Origin: Amoebidium appalachense
Lineage: Eukaryota > Protista > Ichthyosporea
Length of the DNA stretch: 64,000 nt
Assembly (NCBI GenBank): GCA_963693365.1
Contig: CAVNZM010000001.1
Location: forward strand, 6,712,907-6,776,906
Reading direction: 5' to 3'
A program made the translations under genes and the position numbers. Shown here piece after piece: positions 50,608-64,000 of the stretch. The stretch's first letter is position 1, and every line of letters starts with the position of its first letter. The notes beneath the pieces are model-generated. The model saw nothing but the letters and a program-made list of their open reading frames with translations. It was not told the origin of the DNA and did not search any database.

Positions 50608-52239
50608 ATGGCCGACCAGAAGAAGTGGGATGGAGCGCCCGGCGTGGATGCCGGTGTCACGGACATTGACTACAACAACAATTCCTCGAACGTCCCGGTG
50701 GGGTCCTCCCAGCCGGTCATAAGCAAGTGGCAGCAGCTGTGGTGCACAAAGAACTTTGCCGGCCTCGTGGCCGAGTCGCAGGCCGACAGCGGCCTCAAGC
50801 GCGTGCTGAGCGGGCTCGACCTGATGCTCATCGGCATTGGCGCCATCATCGGCACGGGCATCTTCGTGCTGGCCGGTGTGGCTGCCGGCAAGTATGCTGG
50901 GCCGGCCGTGGTGATTTCCTTCCTTATCGGCGGCATTGCCTCTGCCCTGGCCGGTCTGTGCTACACCGAAATGGCCACCATGATCCCCGTCTCCGGCAGC
51001 GCCTACACCTTTGCCTACGCCACCCTGGGCGAGCTGGTGGCTTGGGTCATTGGCTGGACGCTTCTTCTCGAGTACATGATTGGCTCTGCGGCCGTGGCTG
51101 TGGGCTGGTCGGCCTACTTCTCCAAGTTCTTCAAGGCCGCATTTGGCGTGACCTTTGACCACCGCTTCTGCTCCGCGCCCATCACGTGGGACGCCAAGAC
51201 GAGCTCGTTTGTGACCACGGGCAACTACGTGGATCTGCCGGCAGCGATGATCTGCACGATTGTGACGATTGTGCTGGTGGTGGGCATCAAGGAGTCTGCG
51301 TGGATGAACCACATCATCGTGGCCATCAAGGGCTCGGCCGTGCTCACGGTCATCATCTGGGGCTTCACCAAGATCGACCCCGACAACTACACGCCCTTCA
51401 TGCCCCCCAATGAGGGCGGTGACGTGTATGGCTTTGCCGGTGTGATGCGTGCGGCTGTGGTTGTGTTCTTTGCCTACATCGGCTTTGATGCCGTCACGTG
51501 CATGGCGCAGGAGGCCAAGGTGCCCCAGCGGGACCTCCCCATCGGTGTGCTCGGGTCGCTGGGCGTCTGCACGGTGCTGTACATCCTCATGTCCACCGTG
51601 CTTGTGGGGGTGATCAGCTACACCGAGTTTGCCAAGTCTGCATCCCCCATGGCCCTTGTTGCCGACGCCATTGGCGGCAAGGGGCTTGTGATCTACGTCA
51701 CGCTGGCGGCCATGTGTGGTCTGACGTCCGTGCTGCTGGTCATGCAGATGGGCCAGCCCCGCATCTTCTACTCCATGGCCAAGGACGGCCTGCTGCCCGA
51801 GGTCTGCGCCAAGATCCACCCGCGCTTCGGCACGCCCCACGTCACCACCATCATAAGCGGTGTATTCATTGCCGTTGCCAGCGCCGTGCTGCCCATCGAC
51901 GTGCTTGCGGACATGTCGTCCATCGGCACGCTGTTTGCTTTTGTGCTCGTGTCCCTCGGCGTCATTGTTCTGCGCTTCACCCAGCCCGATGCCCAGCGGC
52001 TGTTCCGGGTGTTTGGCAACATCCCAATCAACCGCAACGGCGTGCGCTACGAGTTCCCCATTGTGCCCGTGCTGTCCATGGCCATGTGCATCTGGCTGAT
52101 GTCGTCGACCGGCGTGGAGACCCTCTACCGGTTCCTCGTGTGGCTGGCCGTCGGCCTGATTGTCTACGCATCCTACGGCCTGTGGCACAGCAAGATGCGC
52201 TACGGCATCACCGAGATCACAAGGGAGCTGGCCCACTGA
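50608..52239 (+). CDS. APC-superfamily amino-acid permease (cationic amino-acid transporter/YfnA-like), intronless, 543 aa
   Basis: GIGAIIGTGIFVL, AGPAVVISF, CYTEMATMIPVSGSAYTFAYATLGE, FFAYIGFDAV, GQPRIFYSMAKDGLLP, IGTLFAF; many hydrophobic segments; strong GC3 bias; aagATGG start context. Confidence 0.96.
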   Translation: MADQKKWDGAPGVDAGVTDIDYNNNSSNVPVGSSQPVISKWQQLWCTKNFAGLVAESQADSGLKRVLSGLDLMLIGIGAIIGTGIFVLAGVAAGKYAGPAVVISFLIGGIASALAGLCYTEMATMIPVSGSAYTFAYATLGELVAWVIGWTLLLEYMIGSAAVAVGWSAYFSKFFKAAFGVTFDHRFCSAPITWDAKTSSFVTTGNYVDLPAAMICTIVTIVLVVGIKESAWMNHIIVAIKGSAVLTVIIWGFTKIDPDNYTPFMPPNEGGDVYGFAGVMRAAVVVFFAYIGFDAVTCMAQEAKVPQRDLPIGVLGSLGVCTVLYILMSTVLVGVISYTEFAKSASPMALVADAIGGKGLVIYVTLAAMCGLTSVLLVMQMGQPRIFYSMAKDGLLPEVCAKIHPRFGTPHVTTIISGVFIAVASAVLPIDVLADMSSIGTLFAFVLVSLGVIVLRFTQPDAQRLFRVFGNIPINRNGVRYEFPIVPVLSMAMCIWLMSSTGVETLYRFLVWLAVGLIVYASYGLWHSKMRYGITEITRELAH

Positions 52240-53045
52240 ACGCGCAAACCTGCTTTTTTTTAACTAACAAACAATAGCCCTGATATATGTATATGTATAT
52301 GTAAACAGTACGGTAGTTGCGATCTATAGCATGTATGTTCAGCGAATGACCAACTCATAACGTGTAGTGCCAAGGCAGCACATATTCACATTATAGGACG
52401 ATGTAAAAAATCGATGGTGTAATAAATCTCTATGTCCAACGACGTGGTGTTCTTTTTTTGCGTTCCAGTGTCTGCACGGGAGGGGGGGATGATCTCACCA
52501 TCTTACATGCCAAGTAGATGGTGAGATCATCCCCCCTTCCCCCCCTAAACCACCCCCTGCCCCCCCCCCCCCCCCCCCCTCCCTTTTGTTTGTCGGTATT
52601 TTTCTTTCTTTTAGGCCCGAGAACGAAATTCACTGCAAACAGCTTTATGACGGTGCACCTTCTACGCACGTGCACACACACACACACACACAAATGCACC
52701 GGCACACAAACACATGACTGTCACACGTACTCAGCATCAACGTGTACACACCACACACACAGGGACGGACACATGCACGCTGAACATACACGCACACACA
52801 CACACATAGTTGAACGCACGCAGACACACGGCGACACATATACACATACACACATGTACAACTGGCACACACACATGTTAACACGTACACATACACACAC
52901 ACACACCACATAACTCGAACACACACCGTGACGAACACATAGGCACCCATGCAAACGGAAACACAGCACCACACACACACACATATGCAGACATATGAAT
53001 ACATGCACACCGCCACACACACATACACTCACACAGACACACACA

Positions 53046-53080
<35 letters not shown>

Positions 53081-53200
53081 GGGCACACATACGGGCAACT
53101 TGATGCACACATGCACACATGCACACACACAGGCGTACAAACATGCATCATATCAAACACATGCTTGCGCACATACGAACATGCAAACCACCACACACAC

Positions 53201-53261
<61 letters not shown>

Positions 53262-53337
53262 ACAACTTGATGCACACATACAGGCATACAAACATGCATC
53301 ATATCGAACACATGCATGCACACCACCACCACCACCA

Positions 53338-53381
<44 letters not shown>

Positions 53382-55075
53382 CGTGATACAAAGATGGAAC
53401 AAATCAAACACATGCATACGCACATACGAACAGACATGCATCACCCCCAAAGCACACATACACCTACTCTTGAGAGGTGAAACGCAAAATATTTTACCTC
53501 AGATTACATGTACAGTTCGAGTGCTAGAAGTAGGCGAGCGAATATTGGTGGCCAATCACACGGGAAAATAGAGAAGAGGTGTTGAGAGGACGGGGAGAGA
53601 GAGATTCAACAATCTTTTACCACATTGTACAGAAACAATATGATCCATAATCACCCTGTGGAGTGGATGAATATATCTTAGCTGGTTAGCAGGAATATAC
53701 CTTAGCTAGTTAGCATGAATAAATCCGAGTAAGCTGTTTGGTATGCGGACTGGTGTATGTGTGTGCCACGTGCCATGTCACTGAAATGAGGGGTCTCGGG
53801 TATTCGAAAAAGAATTCTATTTGAATCAAAGCCAGTGCTTTATGCAGTTAGGTAGTACCTGTTAGTTGGCTGTAGGAAGCATATGGTTTCGGTTTCACGG
53901 ATTCCTACGGTTCTGGCAAACCAGGGTTGAAGAGTTCCATTATTAGTATTTGTTTTGTTTCTAGTTTTTTTTTTGTCCCCCCCCCCCCCCCCCCCCCCCT
54001 TTTTTTTTTTTTTTTCTTTTTCGTTTTCTTTTTTTTTTTTTTTTGAGGGGGGGTGCCGAGGGGGGGGGGGGGGGGGGGGGGGAATGGTGGGTGGGCATGC
54101 GAAAACACATTCCCAACATGGATTAGTGGGGAGAGCGGTGGTTGTGGTCCCTTCCGGCATGATAGATTTTGGCAACGCGGGTAAAGGTGGGTGGAACAGG
54201 GGTAGTTGACCATTAACGGTTTTGCGATAACAGGTGAATTGGGGGTAACCTCTTTAACGATAAGACTCTTGGGCTGTATGGTTGTAAAAGTGCAACTCCT
54301 CCCCGCTTCCCCCCCCCTCCCCTCCCCCCCCTCCTTCGTCCCTTTCGTCAGGGGAAACAAAAACGGGCAGGGGGGGAGGGGGAGGGGGGGGATATACACT
54401 TGATACGTACCTCAACGGGGCCGTAGTGCTGAGGGTGCGCAGAATTTAGAAATGACGGTCACCTGGTAGATGGTTGAACTTAAGTGTATAGTTTTAGCCC
54501 TGGCTTGTTTTCTATTGTCTTTCCTTCTTCTTGTGCTGTGTGTGCCGCTGTCAGTTTGTGTTCGTTCTTTGTTTTAATGGAGCTGATCGTTTTGCACGGT
54601 TTCAAAGCGACGCAGGACCCACACACACAAACTTGCACGTGCAGCGCACGCACACACGCACACACACACACACAAACACAAACACACCGCATACCGACAC
54701 ACACACCACACATGCACATCCAAAAACACCATATACACACATCTATATATACAAATACACAGACGCAGGCGATAATATTACACAGTACGTCTGCACACCG
54801 TCTAGATGTATGTGTGCACATGCACCATTCTGATGCACACTACATTAGGATGTATGCACACACGTTGAAGAGGAGGTTTACACTGTTTACTCGAGATACG
54901 CCCGGGACAAGTCTTACGCGCGCGCGTGTGTGTGTGTGTGTGGGTGGGGTTGATGCGTATATTCCCGCAGTTTTTACAAGGTAGCGGATATCGGGTGTTG
55001 TTTCATGATATCAAACTATGCTAATACTATCCAAATCAATACATGGTTACTGGCTTGGTTAACAGCAATATAGGT

Positions 55076-55109
<34 letters not shown>

Positions 55110-55350
55110 CTTTTTATTTTTTTTGGCCTGAATTCGGAGGTGGGGGGCTTGAAAGGGGGGTTGGGGGGGGGGGGGGGGGGGGGGGCTGGGACACTCGATA
55201 TCAGTTAGTGTGTGTGTGTGTGTGTGTCTGCGCGCGCGTGCGCGTGTGTGTGTGGGTGGGTGGGTGGGTGGGTGGGTGGGTGTGTGGGTGTGTGTGTGTG
55301 TGTGGGTGTGTATGTGTGTGTGTCGGCGTGTATGTGTGTGTGTGTGTGTC

Positions 55351-55410
<60 letters not shown>

Positions 55411-55446
55411 GTGTGTGTGTGTATACATGTGTGTCGGCGTGTGTAT

Positions 55447-55527
<81 letters not shown>

Positions 55528-56880
55528 TGCGCACGCGCATGGGCATGTGTGTGTGTGTGTGTGTGTATGTGTGTGTGTGTGTGTGTGTGTTTGTGTGCAC
55601 ATGCGCACGCACATGCGCATGTGTGTATGTGCGTTTGTGTGTGTTAGAATATCTTGGTTGTTTGTTTCCCAAGCCAACCAAGTTGGCGGCACTTAATAAA
55701 CAGAGTGTCAAAGTGTGAACGTTCAGAATGAAGGCTAATATTAATACGTTTGTTCATATGCATGCACACAAAAGATATATGCATTGCACAGTCACACGTA
55801 GGCTTTAGATTAAAGAAAATGTACTCATACACAGTCTTAGACTCTAAGGCAGTACAACAACACATGATCTAACCTCTCCTACTCCCCCCCCCCCCCCCCC
55901 CCTGTCACCCTCCCCCTTCTCCCCCTCTCCCCCCGGTATAAAGCCCCGTCCTCCACCCACCTTTCCCCCCCTCTTCCCCCCCCCCCCCCCCCCTCCCCTC
56001 CCCCGTCCCCCTCCCCCTCCCTCCTTCTTTGGCGCTCGCCCAGAAATGGAAGAATGTTGCCAAGTGATTCTAATATTAGATCTTCTATTGATCATATTAG
56101 AAAATGGCTCACATTATAGTGCCCTTTACGACAACGCCACAGTAACACTAGCGTCGGCCCTGGAGAAGATGATTCATATACACAATGAACCTGCATTGAA
56201 TAGCCATGCAATTTAGACTCCCCCCCCCTCCCCCTCCCCCCTCTCCCTCCCCCCCACCCACCTATGGGTTTGTTCCTCAGATTCATTGGAGGTATGTAGG
56301 ATGGGATGTTCTGTAAGCCAATGGAACGCAGCACGACATTGCCTAACCCGAAAACGGGGGCAAAAGGGGAGGTGACACGGGGATTTGAACATAAGCGTTA
56401 CACATTGAGCAACTTCTGTTTTATAATGCACCGTGGATAGTACATACTGGCGGCACATGCACACATAATAGCGTATGTATGCACCCAGCCTAGTATGTAG
56501 ATAGCAAGTGGCATCATCCACACTATAACAATGTGGTAGAAACAAAGCATGTCTTTAGACTGCTTTTGCTCAAGTTTGCTTGCCAGGGTTGGGGGGGGGG
56601 GGGGGGGGGGGGGAGGGGAGGGGGGGGGGAGGGGAGGGGGGGGGGAGGGGGGGGGGAGGGGGGGGGGGGGGGATAACATTGAATTATAGTACAAAACTGA
56701 ATAAAAATGGGTAATATACCACTAATAATTAGGCTCCGTATGATGAATAAGTACCTATGATAGGGTCTATTATGCATCTGCTTGCTAAGCTGAAGCCTAC
56801 AGCATACAAGGCCTCAGTCAGCCAATAAGAATTTGTCTTGTCAGTCTTATTGGCCGGAAATAAACCTCTTGCTGTCTGGG

Positions 56881-57368
56881 AGGGCTCAACCACATGGGCA
56901 GAGTCAACCTGCTCCGAATAATTCTGCAAGAAGCAGAATTATTCTGCTAAAAGCAGCATAACTAAGAGTTTTCCCTCAAAATGCAGGATTATTCGGGAGT
57001 TATTCCGCAGGAAAGCACAATTATTCCGCTCATGGAAGCAGAAAAAACTTGCTCCAAGTAGAATAATTGTGCTTTAGCAACATAATCCTGCATTTAGCAG
57101 AAATAAATTTTTTGCTTTTCGCGAAATAAATCTCATAGATCATATATTTCAGCAGAATAAATCTCCTCTAGCTGAAAAATCCTACTTTCAGCAGAATAAT
57201 TCTGCTTTTGCTGAATAATTCTGCGTTTAGCAGAAGTAGTCTGCTTTTTGCCGAAGAAGTCTGTGTTTAGCAGTCTGAGAAGAAGTCTGCTTTTTTGCAG
57301 AGTAATTCTGCTGAATAATTTTGCTTTTGCTGAATAATTTGAGTCGGCTGCCGATGTGGTTGGGCCTT
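56881..57368. mobile_element. Complete 488-bp MITE with 21-bp TIRs and internal palindromic repeats
   Basis: agggctcaaccacatgggcag / ctgccgatgtggttgggcctt (18/21 match); internal gcagaataattctgc arrays; TCTGGG on both flanks (56875-56880, 57369-57374). Confidence 0.8.
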
Positions 57369-57712
57369 TCTGGGTTCGGAATGTGTGCGATTTCAAACTT
57401 GGTATTTGTCACATGCTCGGCGCTCCCGTTGTTGGGTGTTCTCGGGGCTGGTGGCTGGGATACTACTTGATAGCATCTGTGTGTGTGGGTGGTGTGTGTG
57501 TGCGGGGGGGTCTGTGTATGTGTGGGGGGGGGGGGGGGGGGGGAGGGGGGGGGGGGGGGAAGGGGGGGGGGGGGAGGATGGGGGGATACATGTGCGCCTG
57601 CGTACGTGTGTTCGGCCGTGCGTACACCCACGCGCGTGTGTCTGTGTGTAAGTGCTTGTACGCACGTGCACGCGCATGTGTGTGTGTATGTGTGTGTGTG
57701 TGTGCATGTGTG

Positions 57713-57745
<33 letters not shown>

Positions 57746-58012
57746 CGGTGTGTGTGTGTGTGTGTGCGTGTGACCGTATGATGTGGGATTGTGTGTGCCG
57801 GGGTAGGTGTATTATGCCTGTATGTAGGCGTGGGTGCGCGCGGGCGCATGTGTGAGGACATGTGTGTGTATTCACGTGGGCGCGTGTGTTCGTAGCTGTA
57901 CGTTTTTCTCTACGGTATCGATACTTGTGAGAGTGAGAAGTGCACATAAAGGTCCCTAGTAAGAGTTCTCATCAACCCGGCTCCTTCCCCTCCCCCTACC
58001 AAAAACCCACAA

Positions 58013-58407
<395 letters not shown>

Positions 58408-58829
58408 GGGCGCAATGTACCACAATTGATTGCCAAGAACGCCAAGGGTGACGACACGGGAGGTGTTTCCGAGCATTAACAGAGCTGTTTGTTGCCAATG
58501 GTTTAAGTTTCAGGCTCGGTATATATTTAAAAAAGAAGCGCGTGTGTGTGGGCGGGGGGAGGGGAAGGGGGAGAAGGGGGTGTTAGGAGGGTAGGGCAGG
58601 GAGTTGGTGGGGAAGGGGAGGGGGAGGGGGAGGGGGGTTACAGAAGGGCAAGAGGGGATCCGGAGAAGGGGTCGGGAATTTCGACCCTTTAAGCTTAGTA
58701 CTGTGTGGGAAATGCACATCAAAAAGGACACATATGTGGGTGTGTGCGAAATGCCTTGTACGGTATCAGTATGTTGTGTGTACATGACAACATATTGATA
58801 CCGTACGTGTCACCGTTTCTGCGTCTGTC

Positions 58830-58880
<51 letters not shown>

Positions 58881-59670
58881 ATGTGTGCGCGCAGTCTGTG
58901 TGTGCGCGCATACATGTGTATGTGTGTACATGTGTGTGTTTTGTGTGTGTGTGATGCATGTATGTATGTGCATGAGTGCATGAGTGCAACTAGCTGTCCG
59001 TATGCATATGCCCGCACTGGATGCCCAGATGCACACACAGTGTGTGTGTGCGCGCGCGTGTGTATGTGTGTGTGTGTGTGTTGCTCGTGAGTTGGAGAGA
59101 AAGAGCGCGTGTGTGTCTGTATCCGTTCGTGCATCAAGTTGTCTGTGTGTGTGCGTATGTGCATTTGTCTACACAGGTGTGTGTATGTGTGTGTGTGTGT
59201 TACCATGTGTGCTTCAAGTTGTCCGTGTGTGCATGTGCACATTTGTCGGCGTGTGTATATGTGTGTCACGCATGTTTTGTGGGTGGTGAGAGTATGTGTG
59301 AGTTCGTGTGCATGTGTGGATCAAGTTGTCTGTGTATGCACGTGTGCATTTGTCCGTGTGTATGTTCATGTGTGTGTGTACAGGTGCCATTGGGCGTGTG
59401 TATGTGCACGTGTGGGTGATGTGTGTGTGTTTTTGTGTGTTTTACTTTGCGCGCGTGTGTGGGTGGTTGGTGAGGCTGTAGAGCTTCCAAATCGTCAGGA
59501 ACACCACGTGCTTGGACATGAGATTTATTACATCGTCCTACGTAAGCGCTACCTTTGCGCCAAACTCCGTCTTACTCGGTCATTCGCTGAACATACATGC
59601 TATAGATCGCAACTACCGTACTGTTTACATATACATATATATATTCTAAGATCTATTGATGGTTAATAGT

Positions 59671-59742
<72 letters not shown>

Positions 59743-60598
59743 AGGGTACTTAGGACTTTTGAGATTTGGGTGTTTTCTATGGAAATGCTCGGTTATCCCT
59801 TGTATATTTTGTAAAAATGTATATTGTATCTCTATTAGGCACACTAGGACCCAAACTAGGATGTGCATGGAATGCGACCCAAACATCTTTGGAAGCATCC
59901 AATTATATATTTATCAACGTTTTAACTGTTGGGTGTCCGTTTGCAAACAGCGATATAAGTTCCTTCGACCACATAGCAAGCCACGATAGCACATTATCTT
60001 TCAGGTGAAGTATCACAGTTCTTGAGGGGTAGCAAACAAGCGACATGCTGGTTAATGAACGGAGCTGGGTACGGTAGTTCCACAACAGCAATTTGGAGTT
60101 TTGCAATTGTATGGGCATTGTTTAATGCACATTGTGAATAAAACATGAGATAAGTCTTACACAATACATCCTTAAACAGGGTGCTTTACAAATTCCAGCT
60201 AACTGACCGACATGATGTTCACAACTATTACAGGCAAAGAAGCCCAATGTAACATAATAGAGCTGAAGAACGCTCTCAATCAGGCAGGCCATCCTGTGAC
60301 TTTGGAAAGAGTTCAAAGGAGAAGTGGTATGAGCATCAGTCTACACGTGAAACATCACATACAATATACAAAGTAAAGGGTTATACAATACAACCTATCT
60401 AACTTACTATCACATCAATCACAACTTACCATCACATTCCAACGCTAACCCATGAAGACAAACAAGGAAAGATTGCCTCCTCCACTTCGCTACCCATTCA
60501 TTAATTCAAACAGTATGGTTCAAAAAAGTATATAGTGTGGTAGAGCATGCCTAAGGATCGGATTGAGGTTAAAGCTTTAAGATGTTGTGGTCACCGTG

Positions 60599-62785
<2,187 letters not shown>

Positions 62786-63669
62786 CTGTGAGCGTGCGTG
62801 TGTTGGAAAGCCAGGGGTGAAGAGGGTGGAAAGGGTGGAAAGGGTGGAGAGGGTGGAGGGGAGGGGAGGGGGGGGGGGGGGGGTACAGGTCAGGAGATGG
62901 AGGTTACATGCCCCGCTTACTGCCAGTGGTTTAGGGTTCAATGACATACAGATACCAGGAAAATGTGCCCCCCCCCCCCCCCCCCCCCCCCAATCAATGA
63001 TTGTGGGATGTGGGACCCACCACACCTGTGCACACGTACAGCTCATCATCGCCATTCCAACAGCATGCACACCCACCACGTTCAAACATGCCTGTAGCAC
63101 CATCACCCACTCTCCTTGTACACCACCATCGCAAACCACTACCCAATTTTCACTGCATGAACCCCCCATTCCGGATCCGCCGGCACCCATGCAAGATGGA
63201 CCCAGCACACCGATGCACACACACACACGTGTGTGTGCGCGTGCGTGTGTTTGTGTGCGTGTGTGTGGTTAGATATGGGTGCATGAGCACGTGTACGTGT
63301 ACATGTGTGTTTGTGTGCGTGTGTGTGTGTGTCTGTGTTGTATTGTGTGTGTGTGACAGAGAGAGAGCATCCGTGTGTTTGCATGTGTGTGTGTTGTGGT
63401 GTGTTTGTGCTTGTGCTTGTGTTTGTGCTTGTGTTTGTGCTTGTGTTTGTGCGTGTGTGTGTGTGTGTGTGTGAGGGTGATAAGGAAAGGGAGGGGTGGG
63501 GAGGGAGAGGATGGCCAACTCTTTTCTATGTGCCAAACAGGGCCAGTGGTAGCAAGTGGTGAGGTGGGACAAGAAGAAGGAGGGAGGGGGGAGGGGGGGG
63601 GGGGGAGGGGGGTCAGAATGTGCCATAGAGTACGAAGAACATACTCACGACTTGTGTTTGTGTTTGTGC

Positions 63670-63740
<71 letters not shown>

Positions 63741-64000
63741 CGCGCCCGTGCCCGTGCCCGTGCCCGTGCCCGTGCGTGCGTGTGTGCGTGCGTGCGTGTA
63801 CACTGGGTGACACTTGAATGCATGGGCACGCTTGTGTTTGTGTTTGTGTTTGTGTGCTACATGTGCCGGCCACTACACATCTCTGTGTGTGTGTGCTCGT
63901 GTCGTTGAGTTCACACGACGTCGTACATGACATTGTAAGCATGGTGCATTGTGCATGTGTGCTTGTGTGCCACTGCCAGTGGATTTGTGTGTGTGTGTGT

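Noticed and set aside
50599-52236. 545-aa antisense ORF
   Set aside because: Shadow frame of the GC3-rich permease; no recognisable motifs.
13523-52239. Lysine metabolic gene cluster (LYS9 plus cationic amino-acid permease)
   Set aside because: 27 kb apart with unrelated genes between; permease substrate unknown.
54988-55202. 12-bp imperfect inverted repeat suggesting a MITE
   Set aside because: Short, no TSD, no second copy seen.

Overview
Eukaryotic, intron-rich genomic DNA full of poly-C/poly-G tracts and (CA)n/(GT)n microsatellites; most entries in the ORF track are repeat-derived noise. I reconstructed genes by hand from splice sites and exon phase. (1) The 5' five exons of an uncharacterised minus-strand gene (401-4480). 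(2) A complete 12-exon stand-alone saccharopine dehydrogenase/reductase (LYS9-like, 449 aa, 13523-23719). (3) An intronless Pcl/Pho80-type cyclin (29069-30001). (4) A spliced transposon-type gene with an OTU protease, a CXC Cys cluster, a Myb-like motif and a Zn ribbon (about 36.2-42.2 kb), converging on a frameshifted DUF6729-like transposase N-terminus (44.3-45.6 kb). (5) An intronless APC amino-acid permease with a TATA+Inr promoter (50608-52239). (6) The last two exons of a spliced beta-class N4C/N6A DNA methyltransferase-like gene (60599 to about 62785), whose intron holds a CTAG-palindrome array. Mobile DNA includes a 2.4-kb non-autonomous hAT element with an 8-bp TSD, MITEs, and a structured ~450-bp intronic repeat family that follows a Penelope-like GIY-YIG remnant. 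The gene content suggests a fungus-like or unicellular opisthokont (inference only). All family assignments are from motif recognition, not database searches.
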